From sequence record NC_055781.1: 64,000 nucleotides of DNA. One strand, written 5' to 3'. Source of the stretch: Escherichia phage p000v. Shown here piece after piece: positions 20,941 through 31,740 of the stretch. Both the position numbers and the translations under genes were made by a program. The first letter of the stretch is position 1. Each line of letters opens with the position of its first letter. The notes under the pieces are model-generated. The model was not told the origin of the DNA and ran no database searches. It saw only the letters and a list, made by a program, of their open reading frames with translations.

Positions 20941-21737
20941 AGCCTACTATTTTGACTGATATTGATGGTGTATGTTTAAGCTGGCAATCTGGACTTCCTT
21001 ATTTTGCCCAAAAATATAATCTTCCATTAGAACATATTTTAAAAATGATTCAGGACGAAAAATTTATTTCTCCTGGTAAACTGTTCAATACCGATGATAA
21101 CCTTGGTAAACAATTAATAGAAAAATATAATCGCTCTGATTTTATTCGTTACTTAGCGCCTTATTCGGATGCTCTTCGAGTTATCAATAAACTAAAAGAA
21201 GACTATAATTTTGTAGCCGTGACGGCGCTAGGCGATTCAATTGATGCTCGATTGAATAGACAATTTAATTTGAATGCTTTGTTCCCAGGCGCTTTCTCTG
21301 AAGTAATGATGTGTGGTCATGATTCTTCAAAAGAACAATTATTCGAACTAGCCAAAACAAAGTATAACGTGATTTGTTACGTTGACGATTTAGCTCATCA
21401 CTGTGACCATGCGGCAGAAATTCTTAATGTACCGATTTATTGGTTGGCTCGTGGTGAACGTGATGATATTCCTCGCACTGCACAACGTGTACACACGTGG
21501 GATGATATTGAATCTCGATTGGTTCCACCTGAGCATAATTCAGATTCAGATCGTGAAGACCTTTTAAAACGATTGGCGGATTTGCTTAAAGAATCTGGTG
21601 CAACAAGTCCAGGTGCATGGCCTAATCAAATTGGCGCTCCGTCGAATCCGTATACTTGGCGAACTCCAGGACCAACCGATATGCAGCCATGGTGGACGAT
21701 TCAAAACTTTCCTTTAGATTCGTCCAAATGGACTTAG
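20937..21737 (+). CDS. HAD-superfamily phosphatase-like protein (possible nucleotidase) with Pro/Trp-rich C-terminal tail
   Basis: 266 aa; HAD motif I ILTDIDGV near N-terminus, later YVDD motif; C-terminal 60 residues low-complexity (GATSPGAWPNQIGAPSNPYTWRTPGP). Confidence 0.5.
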   Translation: MKPTILTDIDGVCLSWQSGLPYFAQKYNLPLEHILKMIQDEKFISPGKLFNTDDNLGKQLIEKYNRSDFIRYLAPYSDALRVINKLKEDYNFVAVTALGDSIDARLNRQFNLNALFPGAFSEVMMCGHDSSKEQLFELAKTKYNVICYVDDLAHHCDHAAEILNVPIYWLARGERDDIPRTAQRVHTWDDIESRLVPPEHNSDSDREDLLKRLADLLKESGATSPGAWPNQIGAPSNPYTWRTPGPTDMQPWWTIQNFPLDSSKWT

Positions 21738-21761
21738 TCTATAAATTGTTAAGGGTTAATT

Positions 21762-22031
21762 ATGTTTGTAGTTCATGATATTACAGATGGCAAAAACACA
21801 ACGCGTGACTACGGTCACGTTAATATGTTCTTTCGAGATTGGCCATTGTTTCGTTCAGTAAAAGACGCAGAAATATTTAAAGAGTGTGTTGAACAAGGGT
21901 TCATCTACATTTCAGAATATTATGTTGAAGGACTCGGTAAATGGATTACCACTTATCAGAAAACGCTGAAATCGCTTCTAGATGAAGTGGCTTATAATAG
22001 AACCGTAACCAAAATCGAGGATATCAAATGA
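21762..22031 (+). CDS. Hypothetical protein (30.1 position)
   Basis: 89-aa ORF immediately upstream of ligase with ATGA overlap. Confidence 0.4.
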   Translation: MFVVHDITDGKNTTRDYGHVNMFFRDWPLFRSVKDAEIFKECVEQGFIYISEYYVEGLGKWITTYQKTLKSLLDEVAYNRTVTKIEDIK

Positions 22032-23521
22032 TTTTAGATATTTTAAACCAAATAGCTGCGATCGGTTCTACTAAAACAAAACAGGAAATCCTTAAGAAAA
22101 ATAAGGACAACAAATTACTTGAACGTGTATATCGTTTAACGTATGCACGTGGCATTCAGTATTATATTAAGAAATGGCCAGGACCAGGTGAAAGGTCTCA
22201 AACGTATGGTCTTCTTGAATTAGATGACATGTTGGATTTTATTGAGTTCACATTGGCCACTCGTAAACTCACTGGTAATGCAGCAATTAAAGAGCTCATG
22301 GGTTATATCGCTGACGGTAAACCTGATGATGTTGAAGTACTACGCCGTGTAATGATGCGCGACCTTGAAGTAGGTGCTTCAGTGTCTATCGCGAATAAGG
22401 TATGGCCTGGACTTATTCAATTGCAACCGCAGATGTTAGCATCTGCATATGACGAGAAATTGATTACTAAAAATATTAAATGGCCTGCATTTGCTCAATT
22501 AAAAGCAGATGGTGCTCGTTGTTTCGCTGAAGTTCGTGATGACGGTGTTCAATTCTTTTCTCGTGCTGGTAATGAATACCATGGTCTTACCCTATTAGCA
22601 GATGAACTAATGGAAATGACTAAAGAAGCCCGTGAAAGACACCCTAATGGGGTTTTAATCGACGGTGAATTGGTTTATCATTCATTTGATATTAAAAAGG
22701 CTGTGAGCTCAGGAAATGACCTGTCGTTCTTATTTGGCGATAATGAAGAATCCGAAGAAGTACAAGTTGCAGACCGTAGCACTTCAAATGGTTTAGCAAA
22801 TAAATCTCTTCAAGGGACTATTTCTCCTAAAGAAGCGGAAGGTATGGTTCTTCAAGCCTGGGACTATGTTCCTTTAGATGAAGTCTATTCTGACGGCAAA
22901 ATTAAAGGTCAGAAATACGATGTTCGTTTTGCTGCTCTTGAAAATATGGCTGAAGGCTTTAAACGAATTGAACCTATCGAAAACCAGATAGTTCGTAATC
23001 TTGACGAAGCTAAAGTGGTTTATAAAAAATATGTTGACCAAGGTCTTGAAGGTATTATCCTTAAAAACCGTGATTCATATTGGGAAAACAAACGCTCTAA
23101 GAACCTAATTAAATTTAAAGAAGTTATTGATATCTCTTTAGAAGTTGTAGGATACTACGAACACTCTAAAGACCCTAACAAATTAGGTGGTGTCGAACTC
23201 GTATCACGTTGTCGTCGTATTACAACCGATTGTGGTTCAGGGTTTAAAGATACAACTCATAAAACAGTTGACGGTGTAAAGGTTCTTATTCCTTTAGATG
23301 AGCGTCATGATTTAGACCGTGAACGATTAATGGCTGAAGCTCGTGAAGGTAAATTGATTGGACGTATTGCTGATTGCGAATGTAATGGTTGGGTTCATTC
23401 TAAAGGCCGTGAAGGTACTGTAGGTATTTTCCTTCCAATTATTAAAGGGTTCCGTTTTGATAAAACAGAAGCGGATTCATTTGAAGACGTATTTGGACCG
23501 TGGTCCCAGACAGGTTTATAA
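22028..23521 (+). CDS. 30: ATP-dependent DNA ligase gp30
   Basis: 497 aa; MILDILNQIAAIGSTKTKQEILKKNKDN...; adenylylation motif LKADGARCF; matches T4 DNA ligase. Confidence 0.95.
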   Translation: MILDILNQIAAIGSTKTKQEILKKNKDNKLLERVYRLTYARGIQYYIKKWPGPGERSQTYGLLELDDMLDFIEFTLATRKLTGNAAIKELMGYIADGKPDDVEVLRRVMMRDLEVGASVSIANKVWPGLIQLQPQMLASAYDEKLITKNIKWPAFAQLKADGARCFAEVRDDGVQFFSRAGNEYHGLTLLADELMEMTKEARERHPNGVLIDGELVYHSFDIKKAVSSGNDLSFLFGDNEESEEVQVADRSTSNGLANKSLQGTISPKEAEGMVLQAWDYVPLDEVYSDGKIKGQKYDVRFAALENMAEGFKRIEPIENQIVRNLDEAKVVYKKYVDQGLEGIILKNRDSYWENKRSKNLIKFKEVIDISLEVVGYYEHSKDPNKLGGVELVSRCRRITTDCGSGFKDTTHKTVDGVKVLIPLDERHDLDRERLMAEAREGKLIGRIADCECNGWVHSKGREGTVGIFLPIIKGFRFDKTEADSFEDVFGPWSQTGL

Positions 23522-23709
23522 TGAAAGCTTATTTAGAAACAGTTATTGTAGCTAAGAAGGATGGTGGAGATGTTTCCACCTCTTGCTCTCAGATTATATT
23601 AGATTTTCCTAATAACGATTCCTATCATATTTTTATGGATAATTTTGATAAGTACGAAAAAGGCCCTAATTTTGAAGTTTATCGTACTTTGCTTCCGATT
23701 GTGGATTAA
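23521..23709 (+). CDS. Hypothetical small protein
   Basis: 62 aa from ATG 23521 overlapping ligase stop (TAATG). Confidence 0.35.
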   Translation: MKAYLETVIVAKKDGGDVSTSCSQIILDFPNNDSYHIFMDNFDKYEKGPNFEVYRTLLPIVD

Positions 23710-23728
23710 GAGCCTTCGGGCTCTTTTT
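23709..23728 (+). terminator. Intrinsic terminator
   Basis: AGAGCC-TTCG-GGCTCT followed by TTTTT. Confidence 0.6.
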
Positions 23729-23764
23729 GGCATAAATATAAATTATTACTAAAAGGAAAACACT

Positions 23765-25852
23765 ATGTCTGAACAATTAAATGAAGTGTTTGAATCTGAA
23801 GGCAGTCTTCCTGTCGTCAATTTGAACCCTAAAGCTAAAGTTCCACAAGTTTGGAAAATTGGTGATATCGATACAAACATCGTAGTCCGTTTATTCTCTT
23901 ACCTTTCCGAAGGCGATGCTGTAAAACAAGTTAAACTTGGTGACAAATACGCTCATGTTGTTATTATGAGTCTATCTGAAAAGGGTAATCTCGCTGAATT
24001 GAAAAATGGCCTTGGTCCTGCTCCTATTGATGCAATCAACACCATTTTCAATACAGTGTATGAACAGGTTAAAGCTCTTCGTATGGATGCAGTTTTGTTC
24101 CGATTCCCTACCAAGAAATTGAAAGGACGTGGACAACAACTTCAAACTCTTCTTGCTCGTTTAGTTTCTACTAAAACTGGTGGTCGTTTTAAAGTATTGT
24201 CTGCAATGTATCAATTCACAGGTAAACACACCTATGTGATGATGGTTCGTAAAAATGCCAACATTGAAGATATTAAAGGCATCCCTAACATTAACACAGA
24301 GTTGTACACGAAAGTAGATTCTGATGTTGGCGAAGTTTATGTGAGTAAAAAGACTGGCGAAAAAGTCACCAAAGAAACGGCTATAGCTGGTTCTATTGCT
24401 GCTGTAGAAGAAAAACGTAAAGATAAGCCTGTTATTGCTCGTACTAAAATTTCTCGTCGTGCTATTGCAGCAAGTCAATCTTTAGAAGCTGACCGCCAAG
24501 AAGGTGAGTTATTCCAGAAATACGAAAATTCTGCTAAAGAAGTTAGTGGTCCAGCTACAGCTGAATTACTTCCTGAAGCATATGAAATCGTACTAGCCCA
24601 AGCATCGTCCACAGCAAAAGGCACTTTAGTTGCTGATATCGAAAATAAGATTTATAATCGTATTGATGAATCCTTTAGATTTGCTGATGAAGTTTCTTAT
24701 GGTAGTGTTATTAAGCCGACTTTAGAAAAGTTTGCTAAGAAAATTAAAACTGAAAAAACAACATCTGTTAAAGCATTAGCCGCTTTTGTTGAAGCTGCAA
24801 ACGAAATTGCAGACTCTATTAGAGACGAATGGTTTGAAGATTTTAGACGTGATAATTTCCAACTGCCTGACGATGTTTTAGCTGAAGTATCTGAAAGAAC
24901 TTGGAAACAACGTAAATCAGCGTTCTTGTCTAATGTGATGTATACTTATGCACGAGAATCGGCTAGAGGCACCTTTAATATAACAATGAATCGGGACCCT
25001 AAACAATACTCTGTTGCTGAAAAACGAGCTATTCGTGAATATGCCTCTTCTGCGTATACCGATATCAATAATATGTTGTTAGGTCGTTATAAACCAGATT
25101 TTTACGATGTTGCAGATGAAGATGAAGTTAAACGCGCTATTGATGGTCTTGATTCGGCGTTTTTAAATGGAGACCGTTTACCTGAAGGACTAACGTTGTA
25201 TAGAGCCCAGTCTATCAGAATGCCTATTTATGAAGCAATGGTTAAAAATAAGGTATTCTACTTCAGAAACTATGTTTCCACTTCACTAGCTCCTATTATT
25301 TTCGGCGGGTTTAAAGAGAACGTTGCCCTTGGACTTGCTCCTGAAGAAGTTCGCAAAGAGCTTAACATTGACAATAATGACGAAGGTGTTACTATTTCTC
25401 CTAGTCAAGTAAGAACAGCTATGCATGCGCCAGAACAAATCCGTGTTAACGTTGGATGGGCTATTGATGGCGCCCATAAAGTTAACGTGATTTATCCGGG
25501 ACAGTTGAGTAATCACCCTAATGAGCAAGAAATTATTTTGCCTAGAGGCATTCTCTTGCAGATAAATAAAATTACAGATGCGTCATCTGACACTGGTGCA
25601 GGTTTAGAATCCAACCTTAAATTTATTCAAGCTGAAGTCATGTCCTCAGACCAGTTGGACGAAGCTGTCATTTACGATGGTGATGTTCTCATGGAAACAG
25701 GCGAGGTGGTTGCTATGACGGGTGAAATCGAATCAGATGAGCCGGTATCGTTCTCCTCATTTGTAGAAAAAACTAGTGCTCCTAAAGGATTGAAACTGTT
25801 AGCATCTTTAATGGATTTGGAATCGGTTCCGTTTAAATTTGTTCAAGGATAG
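23765..25852 (+). CDS. alt: Alt ADP-ribosyltransferase (head-packaged, modifies host RNA polymerase alpha)
   Basis: 695 aa; N-terminus MSEQLNEVFESEGSLPVVNL; C-terminal ART core with R-S-E type motifs (YRAQS, FRNYVSTS, QEIILPRG); T4 position downstream of gene 30. Confidence 0.85.
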   Translation: MSEQLNEVFESEGSLPVVNLNPKAKVPQVWKIGDIDTNIVVRLFSYLSEGDAVKQVKLGDKYAHVVIMSLSEKGNLAELKNGLGPAPIDAINTIFNTVYEQVKALRMDAVLFRFPTKKLKGRGQQLQTLLARLVSTKTGGRFKVLSAMYQFTGKHTYVMMVRKNANIEDIKGIPNINTELYTKVDSDVGEVYVSKKTGEKVTKETAIAGSIAAVEEKRKDKPVIARTKISRRAIAASQSLEADRQEGELFQKYENSAKEVSGPATAELLPEAYEIVLAQASSTAKGTLVADIENKIYNRIDESFRFADEVSYGSVIKPTLEKFAKKIKTEKTTSVKALAAFVEAANEIADSIRDEWFEDFRRDNFQLPDDVLAEVSERTWKQRKSAFLSNVMYTYARESARGTFNITMNRDPKQYSVAEKRAIREYASSAYTDINNMLLGRYKPDFYDVADEDEVKRAIDGLDSAFLNGDRLPEGLTLYRAQSIRMPIYEAMVKNKVFYFRNYVSTSLAPIIFGGFKENVALGLAPEEVRKELNIDNNDEGVTISPSQVRTAMHAPEQIRVNVGWAIDGAHKVNVIYPGQLSNHPNEQEIILPRGILLQINKITDASSDTGAGLESNLKFIQAEVMSSDQLDEAVIYDGDVLMETGEVVAMTGEIESDEPVSFSSFVEKTSAPKGLKLLASLMDLESVPFKFVQG

Positions 25853-25881
25853 TTTACAAGCACATGGATGTGTGATACTAT
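25852..25881 (+). promoter_or_regulatory. T4-type early promoter
   Basis: GTTTAC 25852..25857 (overlaps alt stop), 17-bp spacer, TGTGA-TACTAT 25876..25881, leader CAACAACATGAGGAAAA. Confidence 0.6.
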
Positions 25882-25910
25882 TATCCTATCAACAACATGA
25901 GGAAAACGTT

Positions 25911-26204
25911 ATGAAATCTATGCTTCGCTTTAATGGTCAAGAACTAGTAGTTGAAGATGCTATCCCAGCGGATGATGTTTTTAACGAAGCTGTGATTGAC
26001 GAATTGAATCGAGTATTCCCAGGTGCATTCCATATTGCTATGGAACCTCTTAAAAACTTTCGTGACCCTGAGCACACTGATCAAATTTTTATCGGTGTAC
26101 TGACAGGTCATTTAGAAACAGAGGTACCAATGGTCGTATTAGTTAAATACTCTAAAGATGATACTCCGTTCCGAGCACCAGCATTCCTTTCATTCCGTAA
26201 ATAA
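25911..26204 (+). CDS. Hypothetical early protein (alt-adjacent)
   Basis: 97 aa from ATG 25911; track ORF 25839..26204 reads through the promoter. Confidence 0.45.
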   Translation: MKSMLRFNGQELVVEDAIPADDVFNEAVIDELNRVFPGAFHIAMEPLKNFRDPEHTDQIFIGVLTGHLETEVPMVVLVKYSKDDTPFRAPAFLSFRK

Positions 26205-26213
26205 ACCCCTAAA

Positions 26214-26236
26214 GGGAGACGTTGTCTCCCTTTTTT
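26214..26236. terminator. Terminator hairpin between convergent early ORF and gene 54
   Basis: GGGAGAC-GTTG-TCTCCC followed by TTTTTT on + strand; preceded by A-run so potentially bidirectional. Confidence 0.6.
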
Positions 26237-26237
26237 C

Positions 26238-27200
26238 TTATAGACCTAAAACTCTTGATGCAGAATTCACCACACCTGTCAATGTGTTTATATTAGACAC
26301 ACCTCCAGCAGTCCCACCTAATCTAGAAAGTCTTGATACTGCACTTCCTAGCCCAGAATCATTCTGATTATTCCCAAACATTCCTGAAACGCTACTAATA
26401 AGTCCTGATTCCAGCCATTCTAAAGCAGCCTGTCTATTTACAGCACCTGATTGCATAACGCGATAAGCAAATGTTACGTCAAAAACTGTTATCTGATTAT
26501 CACCATCATACGTTAACTCAGGAGAAGAGACACTAACAGGAATACATCCAGTGAACATGACGGCGGTATGTGGTAAACCATTTCGTGCATGTAAATTAAC
26601 CTGAATATCTGCTTCGACGTCTTGTGGTAAAGCGCGAAGACCTGTTACAGGGTCTTGGACCGAGTTTACCCAGTCTTGCATTGCTCTAAAGTTAGATGCT
26701 TCGGAATCCATTCTAAAGCTTATTACTAACGGGTCCATTTCACGGCCGGTAATTCTGATGTTCGGGGAGTTATAGTTGAAATCTGTTTCATACGATAATC
26801 GATTCTCAGGCATTTTTACAGAATAAATCATTAAACCTGTATTATTATATGCCATATTGAAGAAGTCTATCAGATAAGATCCTACCGTGAACTCACCTAA
26901 CAAGCTTTGTACCGTACGTTGGCTCATTGCTCCAATCAGATATTTACTTATACCTGATTTTCGAATTAATTTCTGTGTTCCTGCTGTAATCAGGGTTGTT
27001 ACGCCCTGATTGATATCACCTTGAGACAATCCTAACCAATCAGAATCCAACCCTAAGTTATTATAAGCAAAACTACCAATTGACGAAATTAGTGAAGATG
27101 ATTTGGTCGATGGCGTAGTAGCAAATACACAACTAAACATATTGTTTCGTTGGAAATCTGCATTTATAGCTTGGTTATTAAATTCTTCTAAAGAGTACAT
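26238..27200 (-). CDS. 54: Baseplate tail tube initiator gp54
   Basis: 320 aa (T4 gp54 length); first gene of the conserved 54-48-29-28-27-51 baseplate hub block. Confidence 0.8.
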   Translation of the reverse strand: MYSLEEFNNQAINADFQRNNMFSCVFATTPSTKSSSLISSIGSFAYNNLGLDSDWLGLSQGDINQGVTTLITAGTQKLIRKSGISKYLIGAMSQRTVQSLLGEFTVGSYLIDFFNMAYNNTGLMIYSVKMPENRLSYETDFNYNSPNIRITGREMDPLVISFRMDSEASNFRAMQDWVNSVQDPVTGLRALPQDVEADIQVNLHARNGLPHTAVMFTGCIPVSVSSPELTYDGDNQITVFDVTFAYRVMQSGAVNRQAALEWLESGLISSVSGMFGNNQNDSGLGSAVSRLSRLGGTAGGVSNINTLTGVVNSASRVLGL

Positions 27201-28309
27201 TAGAAAGTCCCCGCATAAAGTGAAGAACGGTTTAATGTAATAATTTCTCGCATTGTTATCTCTAACGTAAATGTTGACGGTAAGTTAGGAGCAACAGCGA
27301 GACCATTAAATTGTCCATTTGGAGTTTTATCAAAACGTACGCTTTGAATTTGGCATGGACCAAATACGTCAGTTAATCCATCAAATTTAGACGTATACCC
27401 AAAGTTTTTAACCATCCAAATTGTAGGGTTGCTTACAACTAATACATTTGTTAATGACGCAGTAATCTTTTCAAACAATGTCTTATTTTTTACTGCATCA
27501 TCTGGCGTCATAGGCTCAATAAACGTTGAACGGTACCATTCGTCTAAATAACTTTTAATCTCTTGGGCGTACTGTGATTTACCGGTCTCACCATATGAGA
27601 AATAGTTAAAATACTGGTAAATGTTTATAATAGCCATAAGGTCTTCAGTCGAACGTGGAGTTAAATCCCATGTAAAGACTTTAGTACGGTTCTCAGCACC
27701 GCCATACATACTACGAGAAGTCGTATAAATCTGTTCGTTATTATCAGCCATAAGCCCTTGAGTAATAGAATCTAATGCACCAAAGACTGCAGTAGAAGCA
27801 ATGTTACTTAAAACACCCGTAGCAGTACCTCCACCTTTAGTAATAAGGCTATCACCGATATCATTAAAACGATGCGAAGTTGTATCAACGTCAGATTTGG
27901 AACGTGGCAAAAGTATATTAGCAACAGGAGTTTTATTTATAGTAGGCTTATTAGCTCCGGCAGGAAGCAATCCATTTGAGAATTTAGTCACTGCATCTTT
28001 CACGTTATCAGTTAAATCTGATATGATACCATTAGATGAAGTCCCGGCGTATGCCGGACGTAAATTCCTGAGGGATCCTGAATCGCGTGCAGACATATTG
28101 TACGCGGTAAATAATAATCCATTCTTATAAAGGTCTGTTACCTGGAAGTCTCCTGTGGAGTCATTTCCGGCTGCTCTTCCTGTAGGAAATTGAGCAACAT
28201 AAGTTTTAGTAGTTGTTTCGGTTTTAGTGCTTTGCCCAGCACTTTCTGAGACTGGGATTGCTTTATTTAAATCCTTTGCATCTACTACTATTTCTTTTAC
28301 ACTAATCAT
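27200..28309 (-). CDS. 48: Baseplate tail tube cap gp48
   Basis: 369 aa; T4 order and size. Confidence 0.8.
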   Translation of the reverse strand: MISVKEIVVDAKDLNKAIPVSESAGQSTKTETTTKTYVAQFPTGRAAGNDSTGDFQVTDLYKNGLLFTAYNMSARDSGSLRNLRPAYAGTSSNGIISDLTDNVKDAVTKFSNGLLPAGANKPTINKTPVANILLPRSKSDVDTTSHRFNDIGDSLITKGGGTATGVLSNIASTAVFGALDSITQGLMADNNEQIYTTSRSMYGGAENRTKVFTWDLTPRSTEDLMAIINIYQYFNYFSYGETGKSQYAQEIKSYLDEWYRSTFIEPMTPDDAVKNKTLFEKITASLTNVLVVSNPTIWMVKNFGYTSKFDGLTDVFGPCQIQSVRFDKTPNGQFNGLAVAPNLPSTFTLEITMREIITLNRSSLYAGTF

Positions 28310-28317
28310 AATAATCC

Positions 28318-30090
28318 TTAATTAACACCGGTGGCATGGAAAATTCCAGGAGCCGTTGTACTTGTTACAGGGGTCATATTCTGGACTACGGTATTCTTTT
28401 TGACGACATTATTTGTGTTACTAATCGCCGCTACCGGTTGCTGTTGTTTAGATTCAGAAGCACGTCCTTTCTCTATTGACTGAACTTGTTTTGCTTCCGG
28501 AGATTTAGACGAAGATTCAGGCTTAACTGTTGTCTGAGCCTTTTTGGCTTCAGCCATTTTATTATTTAGCTTTTCAAATCTAGCATCTAATTCCTTTTTA
28601 ATAACAGGAGTTTTATTAAGTTCAGGGTCTTTAATAAGTTTACTTAAATCAGCATAAGACTTCTCGACGTTTTTAGCATTTTCCGGATTAGTCATATCGA
28701 TTTTATCGATATAATCCTCAAATCTAACTAGCGCCGCACGAGTTTCATTAGCTTTTATATACGCCTCTTTACGCTCCTCTTCAGGTAACTCTTTTAATTT
28801 TGCTGATTCCGCAGCGCGCTCATCACTTGTACTAAACTCTTCTTTATTGTCATTACCACGAACCCAGTTAGTAACGAATGTTTTGCCGCGTTGTAACATA
28901 TCAAGACCTTTAGAAACGGTTCCTAATTCCCCATCGTCACGTTTCATTTGATATTTAGCGACTTTCTCTTGGTCTTCTTTCTTTAATTTGTTCCCAGTAG
29001 TTTCTTGGAATCCTTCTAAAGCACGTCCTTCTATTTCGTCTGCGGTATCACCAAAACCTATAGCACGCAATATAGACGCGGAGAGTTTAGCCATTCCTAA
29101 TTGAATTAGTTCACCTAAGTTCATTAATGCTGTTCCTACACCTTTGACAATAGCAACGGTTAAACCACCCCAGTCTCCGGCTTCCCACAATTGTTTTATC
29201 GAGTCAATAGAAGTGAATATATCGCTTAAGAATTTACCCCACTCTTTAGCTTCATCGGAGAATTTAGTAAAGTTTTCATCAAATAAATCCCAGGCAGAAG
29301 TGAACTTGTCAGTCCAATATTTGAAATGGACTATCAATAAATCAATACCGATAACAATACCAAGAATAAGCGCGGCCATTTTTGCTGCTTCAATAGCGGC
29401 CGTTATAGTGTATTTGAAAAGCATTCCAGCAATTCTGTCTGAAATTGATATTGATTTATTAAACCCGGTTTGAACTGTTTTGGTGAGCATTGCAATTTTA
29501 TCGCTCAATTTAAAGCTAATTCCACCTTTAGAATCGGAAGTAGAATTAGCACTTTCTTGAACCGGCGCTGGGAAGAAATCTTCGTCTGGCTTGTTATCAA
29601 TCTTTTCAGGTGTAGGGAATGCTTTAAACAACTCATCAGAAGTTTCGTTCTCAACCACTTTAACAGGTATTGCGTTCTCAATTACTTCAAGAGAGGTGCC
29701 TCCTGTATTTTGAATAGTGGTAGATGTTTGTAATTTTTGCTCTAATAATGTAGCTAATCTGTCTAACTTAGAGCTTATTGCACTAGAAACTTCATTTATA
29801 CTTTTAGTGACTTCAGTTTGTTTTTCAATAACTTCTGCGATAAGCTCTGTGCCTTCAGCAGTATTATCTGTAGAATTCTTTAAGTCTCCAATTGATTCAA
29901 TAATTCCATTGCCTTTATCTTCTACACTTTGCGATGTGAGTTCAGACGCGGCTTGGACATCGTCTAGTTTTGATGAAATATCATTCAATGCTTCTAATGA
30001 ATCGGTAGCTGCTGTTGCAGCTACTTTTTGTGGTTTATTATCGGCAATGACCTTATTTCTACGCATGGATTTCATTTCTTCAGGTTTCAT
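28318..30090 (-). CDS. 29: Tail length tape-measure / baseplate hub protein gp29
   Basis: 590 aa, same as T4 gp29; extended helical charged sequence. Confidence 0.8.
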   Translation of the reverse strand: MKPEEMKSMRRNKVIADNKPQKVAATAATDSLEALNDISSKLDDVQAASELTSQSVEDKGNGIIESIGDLKNSTDNTAEGTELIAEVIEKQTEVTKSINEVSSAISSKLDRLATLLEQKLQTSTTIQNTGGTSLEVIENAIPVKVVENETSDELFKAFPTPEKIDNKPDEDFFPAPVQESANSTSDSKGGISFKLSDKIAMLTKTVQTGFNKSISISDRIAGMLFKYTITAAIEAAKMAALILGIVIGIDLLIVHFKYWTDKFTSAWDLFDENFTKFSDEAKEWGKFLSDIFTSIDSIKQLWEAGDWGGLTVAIVKGVGTALMNLGELIQLGMAKLSASILRAIGFGDTADEIEGRALEGFQETTGNKLKKEDQEKVAKYQMKRDDGELGTVSKGLDMLQRGKTFVTNWVRGNDNKEEFSTSDERAAESAKLKELPEEERKEAYIKANETRAALVRFEDYIDKIDMTNPENAKNVEKSYADLSKLIKDPELNKTPVIKKELDARFEKLNNKMAEAKKAQTTVKPESSSKSPEAKQVQSIEKGRASESKQQQPVAAISNTNNVVKKNTVVQNMTPVTSTTAPGIFHATGVN

Positions 30091-30620
30091 TCAAGCAATC
30101 CAATAATTTCTGCTATACCCTTAATAGGGCCATTAGGGCCTGGAATAGCAATGGTTGTCGAAAGGTCTTCTGCCCATTTGATTACAAAAGCAGGCATCTC
30201 AAGGAAAGAAATTTCTTTCTCTTCGTCATTAACTTTTATTAAGCAATTTGATAGCATTTCACTGATTGTAGCGAATTGTTCAAATTTGCCTGGGGGTCTA
30301 AAATAAAAAGTATTACCTTGAAATTGGAATTCTGTTCGTTGGCATACATAGACGTCATCTAGTTTATAAGTGAATCCATCTTTTTCAACTTCAGACTTAA
30401 GTTTGTTATTAAATTCCAATATGTGTAGACATGCAAAATCAAAATCTGCCGGACTCATATTTTTACAAATAGAATCAGCTAAGATTTTCATGTTTTCATC
30501 AGGGCCTTTAACGTCCTTTAAAAGATTATAATGTTTGAGCCCTAATTTGGGAATCATTACCTTTTTATTAGACTGTGGTAGAATTATTTTCTTTAGAGGT
30601 AGAATCAGATTTAAGTTCAT
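30087..30620 (-). CDS. 28: Baseplate hub distal subunit gp28
   Basis: 177 aa, T4 gp28 length; 5' end overlaps gp27 3' end by ~50 nt. Confidence 0.7.
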   Translation of the reverse strand: MNLNLILPLKKIILPQSNKKVMIPKLGLKHYNLLKDVKGPDENMKILADSICKNMSPADFDFACLHILEFNNKLKSEVEKDGFTYKLDDVYVCQRTEFQFQGNTFYFRPPGKFEQFATISEMLSNCLIKVNDEEKEISFLEMPAFVIKWAEDLSTTIAIPGPNGPIKGIAEIIGLLE

Positions 30621-31740
30621 TTTTAACCTTAACTGGGTTAACAGGTTCTAACACCATTGAGTTGGTAAACATGTACAGATGAGTTTGTGAGTTGTTATTT
30701 GATAACTCATGAATAACTTCATCTACGTAAAATTCGGATTTGAATTGGTTCTTTTGATCAACAAATATAATTTTAGTAGCAGGCGTTATGTTAAAATTAC
30801 CTGTAGTAGTGCATTTAGCATATCCGTCGTATTGAGCCATTGTCTGAAGACGACTTGCTTCTTCAAATCCATTACGATAGGTCATTTCGGAATATCCACC
30901 GGATCTTGACACAAGAATAGCATTATCACCATCACCTGTAACAATAACCGGAATAGATGTATCTAAAAATGAATGGGCGAATATTGTGGCGTTTTTAATA
31001 GGGTCTCTTGTAAATTGGTTGGCTTTAGTCATCCAGGTAAAATCCCATACTAATGGATACTCAAGCTCTTGAATATACTGACCTACGGTATTTGGCTCAC
31101 CTACAATCATCTTAATGCCTTCCTGACCAATAAGAGTATCATAGTCAATCATGTTTACGCCTAAAATATCTTGCCATACGAATACGAACTTATCACTCGC
31201 TGTAGCAAGTCCTAATTCTCTGACATATGCCAAATAATCATCAAATGTGCTTGTCCAAGGAATATCAGGAACATAAGCATTAATAGTGTTTATTGGCGGA
31301 GTAATTAACGTACGGTCTTTGTATATGACACCTAGCATTTCACGTATAGATTCGCCTGCGTCTGGGAAGAATGGTCGCCCAAATTTAAGGTTCTCTATAG
31401 AATGTATTGTTCCAAGCTCAATTGCAATAATATTGTCACCTTTTGAGTCCACAGACACAGAATAATGTCTACATCCGTAAATTCGAGTTCTAACTTGGAG
31501 AGGTGTGTTTGAATTTGAAACAGAGATTTGGACTATCTGTCTACCATCCATTTTAGTGTGGATGTTTTTAGTGTCATAAAATTGAAGAATCCCTTCATTT
31601 CTTCCGTATAGTGAATCTCGCATGGTTAAAGTTGTTATTGTTGCTGCGAGTTCAACGTATCTATTTTCTTGCCAAGCCGAATAATCTTGGTATAATTTAA
31701 CGCTTAAGTTAGGATATCCTGGACGTTGGAATACTGTCAT
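30568..31740 (-). CDS. 27: Baseplate hub subunit gp27
   Basis: 390 aa; T4 order and size. Confidence 0.8.
   Translation of the reverse strand: MTVFQRPGYPNLSVKLYQDYSAWQENRYVELAATITTLTMRDSLYGRNEGILQFYDTKNIHTKMDGRQIVQISVSNSNTPLQVRTRIYGCRHYSVSVDSKGDNIIAIELGTIHSIENLKFGRPFFPDAGESIREMLGVIYKDRTLITPPINTINAYVPDIPWTSTFDDYLAYVRELGLATASDKFVFVWQDILGVNMIDYDTLIGQEGIKMIVGEPNTVGQYIQELEYPLVWDFTWMTKANQFTRDPIKNATIFAHSFLDTSIPVIVTGDGDNAILVSRSGGYSEMTYRNGFEEASRLQTMAQYDGYAKCTTTGNFNITPATKIIFVDQKNQFKSEFYVDEVIHELSNNNSQTHLYMFTNSMVLEPVNPVKVKNELKSDSTSKENNSTTV

Noticed and set aside
30568-30620. 53-nt overlap between the gp28 and gp27 reading frames as a possible frameshift site
   Set aside because: No slippery heptamer seen; the overlap is more simply explained by gp28 starting at its annotated upstream ATG, as in T4, or at an internal Met
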